64,000 nt of DNA from Stellaceae bacterium. Lineage in GTDB: Bacteria; Pseudomonadota; Alphaproteobacteria; ATCC43930; CGMCC-115725. Position 1 is the stretch's first letter. Each line of letters opens with the position of its first letter. This document shows, piece after piece, positions 16,975 through 26,576 of the stretch. Both the position numbers and the translations under genes were made by a program. The stretch is from positions 7,192-71,191 of the forward strand of contig DATMKU010000032.1 in assembly GCA_035570935.1 (NCBI GenBank), in the 5' to 3' direction. The notes beneath the pieces are model-generated. The model saw only the letters and a program-made list of their open reading frames with translations. It was not told where the DNA came from and did no database searches.

Positions 16975-18720
16975 TCAAGACGCGCGCAATTGCGCGGTTG
17001 CGTCGCGGTCGAGGGCGCCGTCAGGGGTGAGCGCGACGCGGTAGTCGCGGGTGGCGGTCTCGCGCGAGATCAGGCCGTCGGCGACGTCGAGGGCAACCTG
17101 TTCGGGGTCGCGCCCGGCCGGGTCGCCAAAGCCGCCGCCGCCCGGCAGCTCGAGGCGGATGAAATCCCCGCCCGGCACGCCCTGCCGCCCCTTGGCGCCG
17201 ATCGGCCGGCCGGAGGCGAGGGTGACCCTGCCCAATGCCCCTGCACCGCCGCCGTCGCGACCGCGGGCCGGGTTGCCGACCCGCTCGAAATTGCACAGCA
17301 TCGCGATCGGCGTGCCCTCGGCACCGCCCAATTCGATGATCTGGCCGAGCCCGCCGCGATATTGCCCCGCACCACCCGAGCCTTCGCGGAACTCGCGGCG
17401 GAGGAACAGGACCGGCGCCACCGCCTCGGTCGCTTCCACCGGGATCGTGCGCACGCCCGAGGGAAACGCGGTCACGTCGAGCCCGTCCTTGCCGGGCCGC
17501 GCGCCGGCGCCGCCGCAGTGAAAGATCGCGGTGCTGAAGGGTTTGATGTCGGGTGGCGCTTTTCCCTCCTCCGCACCCAGTTCGTCGAGCACGTCGGCGC
17601 CGCCGTAGATCTGCGGGATCCACAAGGACGAGGCGCCCTCGGCCGGAACCCCGCCCGCCATGACCTGATGCAGACAGCCGAAGACGACATCGGGCAGCAT
17701 ATGGCCGACCGTGTGCCGGGCCGCGACCGCGCGCGGCCGCTTGGCGTTCAATAGACAGCCCTCGGGTGCCTCGACCGTGATCGGCGCCAGGGAGCCGGCA
17801 TTGTTCGGCACCTCGGGCGCCACCAGGCATTTGACGCCAAACGCGGTATAGGCGGTCGTGTAGTTCAGGACGACGTTGATGCCGAAGGCGCTGGCCGGCG
17901 AGGTCCCGGCATAATCGATAAGGATGCCGTCCTCGCCGATCGTCATCTCGGCCATCAGGGTCAATGGCCGGTCATAGCCGTCCATCGTCAGGCTGTTTTT
18001 GTAACGGCCGGGCGTGAGCTTGCCGATCGCCTCGACCGTCGCCTGGCGCGAGGTCTCGATGACGTGCTCGCCGAGCCGGTCGAGATTGGCGATGCCGAAC
18101 TCCTCCATCATCTCGACAAGCCGCCGGCTGCCTTCGTCGTTGCACGCGGCCAATGCATAGACATCGCCCTCGACCTGCAGCGGCTCGCGCACATTGGCGC
18201 GGATCACGCGCAGCAGATCCTCGTTCATACGGCCTTCGCGGGCCAAGGCCATCAGCGGGATCGACAACCCCTCCTCGAACACCTGCCGGCCGTCCGGCCC
18301 CATACCGAGCCCGCCGATATCGACGACATGGACGGTGCTAGCGAACAGACCGACCGGCTCACCGCGCAGAAAAGTCGGGCTCACGACAGTCAGGTCGTGC
18401 AGGTGGCCGCAAGTCAGCCACGGGTCGTTGGTGATGTAGTGGTCGCCGGGGCGCATGGTTTTCAGCGGGAAGGCGTCGAGAAAATGCTTGACCGCCGCCG
18501 CCATCGAATTGACGTGGCCGGGGGTGCCGGTCACCGCCTGCGCCAGCATGTTGCCGTCGCGGTCGAAGACCCCGGCCGACAGGTCGCCGGCCTCGCGCAC
18601 CGTCGTCGAAAACGCGGTGCGCACCAGGGTCTGCGCCTGCTCCTCGACGACCGCGATCAGTCGGCTCCACATGATCTGAATGTGGATCTGCGACAAGGCG
18701 GCGTTGGGTCTCGACAGCAT
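16975..18720 (-). CDS. Hydantoinase B / oxoprolinase family protein (HyuB-like)
   Basis: 581 aa. Reads IMWSRLIAVVEEQAQTLVRTAFSTTVREAGDLSAGVFDRDGNMLAQA..TGTPGHVNSMA..ITNDPW..GHLHD. No hyuA partner lies adjacent. Confidence 0.9.
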   Translation of the reverse strand: MLSRPNAALSQIHIQIMWSRLIAVVEEQAQTLVRTAFSTTVREAGDLSAGVFDRDGNMLAQAVTGTPGHVNSMAAAVKHFLDAFPLKTMRPGDHYITNDPWLTCGHLHDLTVVSPTFLRGEPVGLFASTVHVVDIGGLGMGPDGRQVFEEGLSIPLMALAREGRMNEDLLRVIRANVREPLQVEGDVYALAACNDEGSRRLVEMMEEFGIANLDRLGEHVIETSRQATVEAIGKLTPGRYKNSLTMDGYDRPLTLMAEMTIGEDGILIDYAGTSPASAFGINVVLNYTTAYTAFGVKCLVAPEVPNNAGSLAPITVEAPEGCLLNAKRPRAVAARHTVGHMLPDVVFGCLHQVMAGGVPAEGASSLWIPQIYGGADVLDELGAEEGKAPPDIKPFSTAIFHCGGAGARPGKDGLDVTAFPSGVRTIPVEATEAVAPVLFLRREFREGSGGAGQYRGGLGQIIELGGAEGTPIAMLCNFERVGNPARGRDGGGAGALGRVTLASGRPIGAKGRQGVPGGDFIRLELPGGGGFGDPAGRDPEQVALDVADGLISRETATRDYRVALTPDGALDRDATAQLRAS

Positions 18721-18786
18721 CGGAAGGGCTCTCCGAAACAGCGGGTGGGCCTGTTATGGCGCAACCCGCCGGCCGGGGAAAGCCGG

Positions 18787-19155
18787 TCAGAGGGCGGCGC
18801 GGCAGACTGCCTCGATGTTGTGGCCGTCGAAGTCGAGCACAAAGGCGCCGTAATAGTCGGGGTGGTAGTGCGGGCGCAGCCCAGGCGCTCCATTGTCGCA
18901 GCCACCGACGGCAAGCGCCGCCTGGTAGAATGCATCGACCGCCGCCCGATCCGCCGCGGCAAAGGCGACGTGCACCCCCGCCGTCACCCGGTCGCGCCGC
19001 CCGATCCAGAAGAACGCTTTCCGACCCGCGCCATAGCCGGCGAACGTCGTGCCCTCGGCATAAAGCCGGGTGATGCCGAGGGGTCGCAATGCCGCGTCAT
19101 ACAACGCCGTCGAGCGTTCGAGATCGGTCACGCCGATCGTTACATGATCCAGCAT
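18787..19155 (-). CDS. VOC (glyoxalase/bleomycin resistance/dioxygenase) family protein
   Basis: Reads MLDHVTIGVTDLERSTALYDAAL...HVAFAA...YYGAFVLDFDGHNIEAV. Confidence 0.85.
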   Translation of the reverse strand: MLDHVTIGVTDLERSTALYDAALRPLGITRLYAEGTTFAGYGAGRKAFFWIGRRDRVTAGVHVAFAAADRAAVDAFYQAALAVGGCDNGAPGLRPHYHPDYYGAFVLDFDGHNIEAVCRAAL

Positions 19156-19234
19156 TCTGTCCTCCCACCTCGGGGCGAAACCGGCGCGAAACGATAGCGC
19201 TCGCCCTCGCCCCCCGTCGGCTCGGCGCCGAGAG

Positions 19235-20959
19235 TCAGCCGCCCGGCATGCCGGCGGGCTCGTAGCGGCAATAGCGCGGCTGCCAGATCTTGGCGTGGAT
19301 CGCGGCCTCGATCGCGTCGGTTTCGATTGCTCGGGTCAGACCCTCCTTGTGCGCCTGGATTGCGGTCGCCAAGGCCACTGCAAAGGCGACTTCGCGCAAT
19401 GCGGTGACCGGCGGCAACAGGTTGTCGTGCGGGTTCGAGATGGCCGGCGACGCCGCGGCCAAGACCTTGGCCGCGGCCATGAACATCGTGTCGGTAATGC
19501 GCCGCGCCTCGACCGCGACGGCGCCAAGGCCGACGCCTGGGAAAATGTAAGAATTATTAGTCTGATCGACCTTGAACTTGACTCCGCTGCGAGCGAGCGG
19601 CGGAAACGGGCTGCCGGTGCCGATCACGGCGCGGCCCTCGCTCCACTCCTCGATGTCCTCGGGCGTGGCCTCGGAGCGCGAGGTCGGGTTCGACAGCGGA
19701 AAGATCACCGGCCGCAAATTGTTGCGCGCCATCGCCCGCACCACGGCTTCCGAAAACGCGCCGGGCTGGCCGGAGACGCCGATCAGCACCGTCGGCTTGG
19801 CGTTGGTCACGACGTCGAGCAGCGCGATCTTGTCGGGATGGTCGAATGCCCAGTTTTCGACCGCCGCCCGCTTTTGCAAAAACGGCTTTTGAAACGGCTC
19901 GATCGCATTCATGCCTTCGACCAGAAGGCCGTCGCGATCGACCATGTAAAACCGCCCAGCCGCGACATTTTCCGGCAGCCCCGCTTCGGCCATCATCTTC
20001 AGCAGCAGGCTGGCGATGCCGCAGCCGGCCGAACCCGCGCCCAGCACGGCAATACGCTGCTCGGTCAACGGCACGCCGGTGACGTTGACCGCCGACAACA
20101 GGGTGCCGGCCGCGACCGCCGCCGTCCCCTGGACGTCGTCATTGAAGGTGCACAACCGGTCGCGATACCGGTCGAGCAGCCGCGTCGCGTTCGCCTTGGC
20201 GAAATCTTCCCATTGCAGCAGGACGTGCGGCCAGCGCCGGGTAATGGCGGCGACGACCGCCTCGACAAAATCGTCGTATTCGGCGCCGCGCACCCGCTCG
20301 TGGCGCCAGCCGAGATAGAGCGGATCGGTCAGCCGCTCCTGATTGTCGGTGCCGACATCGAGCATGATTGGCAGAGTCGTCGCCGGATGCAGCCCGCCGC
20401 AGGCGGTGTACAGCGCCAATTTGCCGATCGGGATGCCCATGCCGCCCGCACCCTGGTCGCCGAGCCCCAAAATCCGTTCGCCATCGGTGACGACGATGAC
20501 CTCGACTTCGTCAAAGCGCGGGTTAGCCACGATCTGATGCAGGCGCCGCTTGTGCGGCAGGCTCAAAAACAGGCCGCGCGGCTTGCGGAACAATTGGCTG
20601 AATTGTTGGCAGCCGGCGCCGACGGTCGGGGTGTAGACCAGCGGCAGCAAGTCCTCGATGTTCTGTTCTAGCAATGCGAAAAACAGCGTCTCGTTGTTGT
20701 CCTGCAGTTCGCGGAGGAAGGCGTAGCGCTCGAGATCGCTCGCAAAGCGGTGCAAAACCATTAGTCGGCGCGAAACCTGCTCGTCCAAGGTGCCGATATG
20801 CGGCGGCAACAGCCCGTGCAGGCCGAAGGCGTCGCGCTCCGCTTCGGTGAAGGCGGTGCCCTTGTTGAGCAGCGGGTCAGACAGCAGGTCCCAGCCAGTG
20901 CGCGAGGTGGCGACGACGCCATCGTCCGCCGGCACCGGCCGTCGCGAAGCGTGCGCCAC
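19235..20959 (-). CDS. NAD(P)-dependent malic enzyme (large eukaryotic-type / SfcA-like)
   Basis: Reads LNKGTAFTEAERDAFGLHGLLPP...YTPTVG..C...VTDGERILGLGDQGAGGMGIPIGKL...FNDDVQGTAAV..GAGSAG. GTG start. Confidence 0.92.
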   Translation of the reverse strand: MAHASRRPVPADDGVVATSRTGWDLLSDPLLNKGTAFTEAERDAFGLHGLLPPHIGTLDEQVSRRLMVLHRFASDLERYAFLRELQDNNETLFFALLEQNIEDLLPLVYTPTVGAGCQQFSQLFRKPRGLFLSLPHKRRLHQIVANPRFDEVEVIVVTDGERILGLGDQGAGGMGIPIGKLALYTACGGLHPATTLPIMLDVGTDNQERLTDPLYLGWRHERVRGAEYDDFVEAVVAAITRRWPHVLLQWEDFAKANATRLLDRYRDRLCTFNDDVQGTAAVAAGTLLSAVNVTGVPLTEQRIAVLGAGSAGCGIASLLLKMMAEAGLPENVAAGRFYMVDRDGLLVEGMNAIEPFQKPFLQKRAAVENWAFDHPDKIALLDVVTNAKPTVLIGVSGQPGAFSEAVVRAMARNNLRPVIFPLSNPTSRSEATPEDIEEWSEGRAVIGTGSPFPPLARSGVKFKVDQTNNSYIFPGVGLGAVAVEARRITDTMFMAAAKVLAAASPAISNPHDNLLPPVTALREVAFAVALATAIQAHKEGLTRAIETDAIEAAIHAKIWQPRYCRYEPAGMPGG

Positions 20960-20969
20960 CGCAGCAGCC

Positions 20970-21710
20970 TTAGCCGAGCCGGCGGCGGTAGAGTGCCGTC
21001 AACCGCTCCCAATGGCGTTCGGCGCCCGGCTTGTCGTAGCACCAGCGCTGCGGAAAGGCGAAGCCATGATGGACGCCAGAGTACAGCTCAATTTCGCCGA
21101 GGCTGCCGGCGCGCTGGAAGAGCCCGCGCAACTCCTCAACCATCGGCAACGGCGCCAATTCGTCATGCTCGGCGCAGGCGATGTAGAGTTCGCCCTTGGC
21201 CTTGGCCAATGACCGATGCGGGCTCTCTTCTGCGTCGCTGACGAGCCAGGTGCCGTAAAACGACGCCGCAGCCGCGATGCGGTCGGGAAAACGCGCCGCG
21301 GCGGCGAGCGCAAAGGGGCCGCTCATGCAATAGCCGTGCACCCCGACCGGGCCGGGCTTGGCCGCACTCTGCGCGTCGGCAAAGGCGATCATCGCCGCGA
21401 CGTCGTCCATGACCGGCGGGATCGTCATCTTGGTGCGCACCCTTCGCATCCTCTCGCGCTCGGCGCTGCCCTGCTCGAGCACGTCGGGCCCAAAAATCGC
21501 ATCGCGGCCGGCGCGATGGTAGAGATTGGGCAGCAGCACGTAATAGCCGACCGTCGCCAGCCGACGCGCCATGTCGCGCAATTCCTCGCGGATGCCAGGC
21601 GCGTCCATCAGCAACAATACCGGCGGATACGGGCCGCCGCGTTCAGGGTGGTAGATGAGGGTTTCCATTGCCCCGTCCTTGGTGGCGATGTCCAAGATCT
21701 GTTCGATCAT
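20970..21710 (-). CDS. Dienelactone hydrolase family protein
   Basis: Reads PPVLLLMDAPGIREELRDMARRLATVGYYVLLPNLY...GVHGYCMSGPFAL...GVHHGF. Confidence 0.85.
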   Translation of the reverse strand: MIEQILDIATKDGAMETLIYHPERGGPYPPVLLLMDAPGIREELRDMARRLATVGYYVLLPNLYHRAGRDAIFGPDVLEQGSAERERMRRVRTKMTIPPVMDDVAAMIAFADAQSAAKPGPVGVHGYCMSGPFALAAAARFPDRIAAAASFYGTWLVSDAEESPHRSLAKAKGELYIACAEHDELAPLPMVEELRGLFQRAGSLGEIELYSGVHHGFAFPQRWCYDKPGAERHWERLTALYRRRLG

Positions 21711-21819
21711 CGGCGTTCCTCAAGAAAATTTATCTGCCGCAAAAAGCGCGAAAAACCGGGTCGAGAGCGCAGGCTATAACAGCCCCTTTGTTGGTCTCAC
21801 AATCCCCGGGCGCGGGCGA

Positions 21820-22068
21820 GTGGCTGGAAAAGTTTGTGCGCTCAACGACAACCGGGCGGCCGACGACCGCCGCAAATTGCTGGCCTTCGCCCGCGACCTA
21901 TTGAATTCGGATTACGCCGGGCATCGGCTGAGCCTTGTCCAATTCGCCCCGGCGCCGCACTTCAATCATTTGAACGCGGTCTACAACGCCTTCGACTTTT
22001 CAGGCCCGCTCGAATTCGTGAAGAAGGCCGCGGGTCTGTCGGACGGGGTCGGCGGCGAGGCGGATTGA
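21820..22068 (+). CDS. Hypothetical small protein (weak call)
   Basis: This is the 3' part of track ORF 21655-22068, with a possible GTG start at 21820. The third-position GC bias looks coding (..DDRRKLLAFARDLLNSDYAGHRLSLVQFAP..). I see no recognisable family and no clear Shine-Dalgarno. Confidence 0.3.
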   Translation: MAGKVCALNDNRAADDRRKLLAFARDLLNSDYAGHRLSLVQFAPAPHFNHLNAVYNAFDFSGPLEFVKKAAGLSDGVGGEAD

Positions 22069-22128
22069 ACGCGGCAGCGGCGCACGCCTTCATCGTCCGG
22101 GGCTGAGAATTGGGGACTGCCAGAGGGC

Positions 22129-23337
22129 TCAAATCACCCGCTTTTCGCGGAGCTTGCGGATCTCGTCGGCGGAATAGCCGGCCAAATCCCGCAGCACGTT
22201 CTCGGTGTGCTCGCCTTTGAGCGGCGCGCGGGTCGGCTCGAACGGCGAATCCGACAGCCGCACCGGGCAGCCGATCATCGAGAACCGGCCGCGCGTCGGA
22301 TGGTCGAGATCGAAGACCGTGCCGCGTTCGCGCAAATGCGGGTCGGCGAGAACTTCGGCGGTGTCGAGCACGGCACCGCAGGGAATGCCGCGGCCAGCGA
22401 AGGCCCGCATGACCTCGCGCTTTTCGCGGCTTTTCGTCCAGCTCTCGATGACTTCGGTCAATGCCGCCTGGTTGCGGGCGCGCGCCGCCGGGCTCGAAAA
22501 GCGTTCGTCGGTGCGCAGTTCCGGCCGGCCTAAGACCTCGGTCACCGCCGCGAACATCTCGGGATTGTCCGGCGGGATGATCATGTAGACGTAGTCGTTG
22601 CGACCGCCCTCGGCGCAACGCACCAGATCCGACCAGCCGCCGGTCGCCGAGCGGTTGCCGGTGCGTTCGAGCGGTTTTCCGGTAGCCAATGTGCCAGTGT
22701 ATTTGACCCTGGTCAGGTTCAGCACCGCCTCCTGCATCGCGACCTCGACGAGTTGGCCGCGCCCGGTCTGCCCGCGCTGGACGAGGGCGGCGAGGATCGC
22801 GATCGCGAGGTGCATGCCGGTGCCCGAATCGCCGATATTGGCGCCGTTGACCATGGGCGGGCCGTCGGCTTCGCCGGTGACGCTCATCGCCCCCGAGGTC
22901 GCCTGCGCCACCGGCTCAAAGCATTTGAAGCCGCTATAGGGGCCATAGGAGCCGAAGCCCTTCACCGACGCATAGATCGCGCGCGGGTTGAGCTGGTGCA
23001 CCGACTCCCAGCCGAGCCCGAGCCGCTCCATGACGCCTGGCCCCAAATTCTCGGCGACGATGTCGCATTCGGCGACGAGGCGGCGGGCGATCTCCTTGCC
23101 GTCGTCGCTCTTCAGATCGAGGACGATGCTGCGCTTCGAACTGTTGAGCAGCAGGAAAAAGAAGCTGTCGATTTCGGGATTGTCCATGTTCCACAGCCGC
23201 CGCGCCCGATCGCCATGTGGCGGCCGCTCGATCTTGATCACGTCGGCGCCGAGCCAGGCGAGCATCTGGGTGCAGGACGGGCCGGCCTGGTCGTGCGTGA
23301 AATCGATGACACGAATGCCTGCGAGTGCCTGGGTCAT
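22129..23337 (-). CDS. Family III CoA-transferase (CaiB/BaiF), formyl-CoA transferase-like
   Basis: Reads MTQALAGIRVIDFTHDQAGPSCTQMLAWLGADVIKIERP...LLLNSSKRSI..ASVKGFG..GPY...ANIGDSGTGMHLAIAILAAL. The ATG at 23337 lies within track ORF 22129-23595. Confidence 0.88.
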   Translation of the reverse strand: MTQALAGIRVIDFTHDQAGPSCTQMLAWLGADVIKIERPPHGDRARRLWNMDNPEIDSFFFLLLNSSKRSIVLDLKSDDGKEIARRLVAECDIVAENLGPGVMERLGLGWESVHQLNPRAIYASVKGFGSYGPYSGFKCFEPVAQATSGAMSVTGEADGPPMVNGANIGDSGTGMHLAIAILAALVQRGQTGRGQLVEVAMQEAVLNLTRVKYTGTLATGKPLERTGNRSATGGWSDLVRCAEGGRNDYVYMIIPPDNPEMFAAVTEVLGRPELRTDERFSSPAARARNQAALTEVIESWTKSREKREVMRAFAGRGIPCGAVLDTAEVLADPHLRERGTVFDLDHPTRGRFSMIGCPVRLSDSPFEPTRAPLKGEHTENVLRDLAGYSADEIRKLREKRVI

Positions 23338-23721
23338 AACGCTTTCCTTCCCCTCTCCGTGATGCGGGCCCATCCGACGAGAGAGTGTCATTCTTCGCCG
23401 GTCCGGTCTACCAATGGTCGTTGATTGATCAAACCCGGCGACACCCAAACTTTCGCTCCCGAGGAAATTTTCCCGACAGGCGAGAACACCGGCGGGTGAA
23501 CCGCGTTTAGGAATCGGACGCGTCAAAGGCGCGTCGCGCGGCGGGCGCGCGGCAGTTCGGGACAGTAGCGAGGATAAGCCGGCGATGGCAGTCATCTCGA
23601 TGCCGGATAGCGTTTTGTGACGATCGTAGCGGCGAGGACAAAGCCGGCCGCCGGGACCGATCCGCGCCGCAAACGGAGCATCGCCGCGCCGGCGACGTCA
23701 TGTTCTGCGACAGACCGGGCC

Positions 23722-24345
23722 ATGATGGCGCGCTGCATCGAGCTGTCGCGAGCCGCGGTGAGCAAGGGCGAATACCCGTTCGCGACAGTAATCGCCCTCG
23801 ATGGGCAGGTCGTGGCGGAGGGGATCAACAGCACCATCCGGGCTGGCGACGTGTCGCGCCACGCCGAGATCAGCGCCCTCTCGCAGGCGCAAAAGACGAT
23901 TGGCCGGGAGGGACTTCGCCGCGGTACGCTCTATTCCAATATCGAGCCGTGCGCGATGTGCGCCTATTGCATTCGCGAGGCCTGGATCAGCCGGGTGGTC
24001 TATGCCCTCGCCTCGCCGGTCATGGGCGGCCTGTCGAAATGGAATATCTTGCGCGACGACGGCCTGGCCGACCGCATACCGGAGATCTTTGGCCCGGTAC
24101 CCGAGGTCGTCAGCGGCGTCCTGTTAAAGGAAGCCCAACAGGCCTGGCGGGACTGGAGCCCCTTCGCCTGGGAGATGATCAAATTGCGCGGGTTGCTGAC
24201 CGCACCCTGTGGGCAGGAGGGTCGTATCCAGGTGCAGCCCGCGCACAGCCAGTCCCTGTGGCATTACCTGCAAATCCTCTTCATGCGAAGCGGTCAATCT
24301 CGAACGCGAATCGCGGGCGGCGCCGCTCGGCGCGACGATTCGTGA
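23722..24345 (+). CDS. Nucleoside/tRNA-adenosine deaminase family protein (CMP/dCMP-type zinc deaminase) with a C-terminal extension
   Basis: Carries the zinc motifs HAEISAL and EPCAMCAYC. The start is taken at MMARCIEL (23722); the track ORF begins at 23617. Confidence 0.8.
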   Translation: MMARCIELSRAAVSKGEYPFATVIALDGQVVAEGINSTIRAGDVSRHAEISALSQAQKTIGREGLRRGTLYSNIEPCAMCAYCIREAWISRVVYALASPVMGGLSKWNILRDDGLADRIPEIFGPVPEVVSGVLLKEAQQAWRDWSPFAWEMIKLRGLLTAPCGQEGRIQVQPAHSQSLWHYLQILFMRSGQSRTRIAGGAARRDDS

Positions 24346-24376
24346 GCCGGCCGTCCCGGCCGAGGAGCATTCAACC

Positions 24377-25183
24377 ATGGATCAGCTGTCTCCAACTGCC
24401 GGCGGCGCGGTCGAAATTGGCGGGGCTGGAGCGCCCCTCGCCCGCCGAGCCCGGCCGCAGGGGCCGTTCCGCCGCGTCCTGCGCCGTTCGATCCACTTCT
24501 TTGCCTATCATCTAATCCTTGGCGCGCGGCGCACCCGGATCACGCGGGCAGCGGGGTTTCGCCTCACCGTGCGGCCGACGGTGTTTCATCCGCGCTACTT
24601 TATCAGCAGCGAGTGCTTTGCCGAATTCATCGGCCGCCTCGACCTGCGCGGCAAGCGCGTCGCCGATGTCGGAACCGGGTCGGGCATCCTCGCTCTCGCG
24701 GCGGCCCGCGCCGGCGCCGAAACCGTCATCGCCGCCGACATCAATCCGAACGCCGCTTTGACCGCCGCCGAAAACGCGCGCGCCAATGGCTTTGGCGAGC
24801 GCATCGGCGCGGTGTGTTCCAATTTGCTCTCGGCGCTGGCGCCTAGGCCGCTTTTCGACGTGATCCTGTCGAGCCCGCCCAAGCATGCGGGCGAGCCGCG
24901 CGATCTCGCCGATCGCGGCTGGCATGCCGGCCCGCACTATCGCGACGTCGCCGCTTTATTCGAAGAGGCGCGCGAGCGATTGAAACCGGGCGGGCGGCTC
25001 TACGTCATGGTCTCGACGGATACCGACCTCGAGCTGTTCGGCCGCCTCATCGATCGGGCCGGATTTGATGCGCGACCCGTTCACGAGCGCTCGATCCTGA
25101 TCGAGTCGTTTATCATCTACGAATTGCTCGCGCCGACAATCGCCGGGCATCGCGATCTGAGTCACGCCGCGGCCGCTGATTGA
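24377..25183 (+). CDS. Class I SAM-dependent methyltransferase (HemK/PrmC-like small-domain type)
   Basis: Reads VADVGTGSGILALAAARAGA..VIAADINP (motif I and post-I) and ILSSPPK at the position of the NPPY-type motif. The ATG at 24377 is preceded by GAGGAG. Confidence 0.8.
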   Translation: MDQLSPTAGGAVEIGGAGAPLARRARPQGPFRRVLRRSIHFFAYHLILGARRTRITRAAGFRLTVRPTVFHPRYFISSECFAEFIGRLDLRGKRVADVGTGSGILALAAARAGAETVIAADINPNAALTAAENARANGFGERIGAVCSNLLSALAPRPLFDVILSSPPKHAGEPRDLADRGWHAGPHYRDVAALFEEARERLKPGGRLYVMVSTDTDLELFGRLIDRAGFDARPVHERSILIESFIIYELLAPTIAGHRDLSHAAAAD

Positions 25184-26133
25184 TCGACCCGCGCGATCAG
25201 GTCGGGCGGCAGCGGCCCGGCCTCGGCCGCGGCGACGCACTCGGCAAGCTCAACGCGGTTTTTGACCCCCAGCACCAGCGTGTCGACCCCGAGCGACAAT
25301 GCGTAGCGATGAGCAAGGGCTGCAGGGCTCGTCCCCAGCTCGACCGCCAGGCGGCGAAAGCCAGCGGCACGCGCATAGTCGCGCATCTCGGGATGGTCCA
25401 ATGGCAAGGACCTGTCGAGCGCGCTGGTCAAGGCACCGGCCTGAACCGCGCGAATGCCCATGATGCCGACCCCGTTCGCCCGCGCCGCGGCGATGATTTC
25501 GCGCGGCTTGGCCGGGCCGTCGAAGAATTTCAGCGCACCCGGCGAGTCGAGCAGATTGGCGATGCATTGCACCGCCGCCGGTGCGGGGGTTTCGCCGACG
25601 AGCCGGACGATCGTGTCGGGATGGCCGATGCCGGTCACTCCCCAGGCGCCGATCAGCCCCTCGGCGACAAGCTTGTCAAAGACCGGGCGGACATGCGCGG
25701 CAAACGTCTCGTAGAGCGTCATCCGCGAGGCGGCATCGGGCCAACGTTCACGATGGACCGAATCGGGCACGACATTGGAATGCAGGAAGAACAAATCGAG
25801 ATGCGACAATCGCAGCCGGCGTAGGCTGCCTTCGATCGACCGGCGCAGCGCGGGTTCGATGTCGGCCGGCGGCAGCTCGCCAAGATTGCATTTGCTGGTG
25901 ACCCGCACGCCCTCGGGCAGTCGGCCGCCGAACGCGGCTCCGACGACTTCTTCCGCCTTGCCGTCGCCATAGCGCGGCGCGAGATCGAGAAGGTCGATCC
26001 CGGCCTCGACCGCGGCATGCACGGTCGCGACGCATTCTTCAAAGGTGGTCTCGCCCCACACCTGGCCCAGCCCGCCGCCGCCCAAAGTCAGTGCCGATAC
26101 CGGCGAAAGCTCCCCCAAATGATGCCGCTGCAT
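25162..26133 (-). CDS. Aldo/keto reductase
   Basis: Reads LTLGGGGLGQVWG...AGIDLLDLAPRYGDGKAEEVVG...LDLFFLHS. The ATG at 26133 is preceded by GGAGGA. Its 3' end overlaps the convergent methyltransferase gene by 22 nt. Confidence 0.88.
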   Translation of the reverse strand: MQRHHLGELSPVSALTLGGGGLGQVWGETTFEECVATVHAAVEAGIDLLDLAPRYGDGKAEEVVGAAFGGRLPEGVRVTSKCNLGELPPADIEPALRRSIEGSLRRLRLSHLDLFFLHSNVVPDSVHRERWPDAASRMTLYETFAAHVRPVFDKLVAEGLIGAWGVTGIGHPDTIVRLVGETPAPAAVQCIANLLDSPGALKFFDGPAKPREIIAAARANGVGIMGIRAVQAGALTSALDRSLPLDHPEMRDYARAAGFRRLAVELGTSPAALAHRYALSLGVDTLVLGVKNRVELAECVAAAEAGPLPPDLIARVDQSAAAA

Positions 26134-26264
26134 GACAATCCTCCGCGGTGCCGCCAGCCTGCCGCCGACGCCTTCGTCGATCTTACCGCCGGCGGGGCCA
26201 AGCCGCATCCGCCGCCGCCTTGACAGGGTTTGCCGGTGCACCCTAAATGCCGCCGGCCGGGCGC

Positions 26265-26339
26265 GGGCGCGTAGCTCAGCGGGAGAGCACACCCTTCACA
26301 CGGGTGGGGTCACAGGTTCAATCCCTGTCGCGCCCACCA
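26265..26339 (+). tRNA. tRNA-Val (anticodon CAC)
   Basis: Manual cloverleaf: acceptor GGGCGCG/CGCGCCC, U8, D arm GCTC-AGCGGGA-GAGC, anticodon arm CACCC-TTCACAC-GGGTG, variable loop GGGTC, T arm ACAGG-TTCAATC-CCTGT, A73, and encoded CCA. Confidence 0.9.
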
Positions 26340-26368
26340 TCGGCCCCCGCGAAACGGCGCCAGCCGGC

Positions 26369-26444
26369 AGGCGCGTAGCTCAGTGGCAGAGCGCTCCTAC
26401 CACATGGGAGAGGTCAGGGGTTCGATTCCCTTTCGCGCCTACCA
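26369..26444 (+). tRNA. Atypical tRNA-like gene with a Val-type anticodon CAC (possible pseudogene)
   Basis: Cloverleaf: acceptor AGGCGCG/CGCGCCT, U8, D arm GCTC-AGTGGCA-GAGC, anticodon arm CTCCT-ACCACAT-GGGAG, T arm AGGGG-TTCGATT-CCCTT, A73, CCA. Position 33 is C rather than U. One extra T (26433) sits between the T stem and the acceptor 3' strand. Confidence 0.55.
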
Positions 26445-26576
26445 TTCTGCGCACCAATGCGCGAAGACAAGCGCAGGCTCGGCTTCGCCGAGGCCTGAGC
26501 TTCGGCGCTATCGACCGCGCCGCTTGGCCGGCGTAGGCTCTCCGCAGACAGGCTTTGAGGGCATGCGGAGGCAAGG

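Noticed and set aside
22129-23337. Calling the CoA-transferase 'frc' and inferring an oxalate-degradation locus.
   Set aside because: The sequence resembles formyl-CoA transferase, but no oxalyl-CoA decarboxylase or oxalate/formate antiporter gene is nearby. Family III transferases are too promiscuous for a substrate call from motifs alone.
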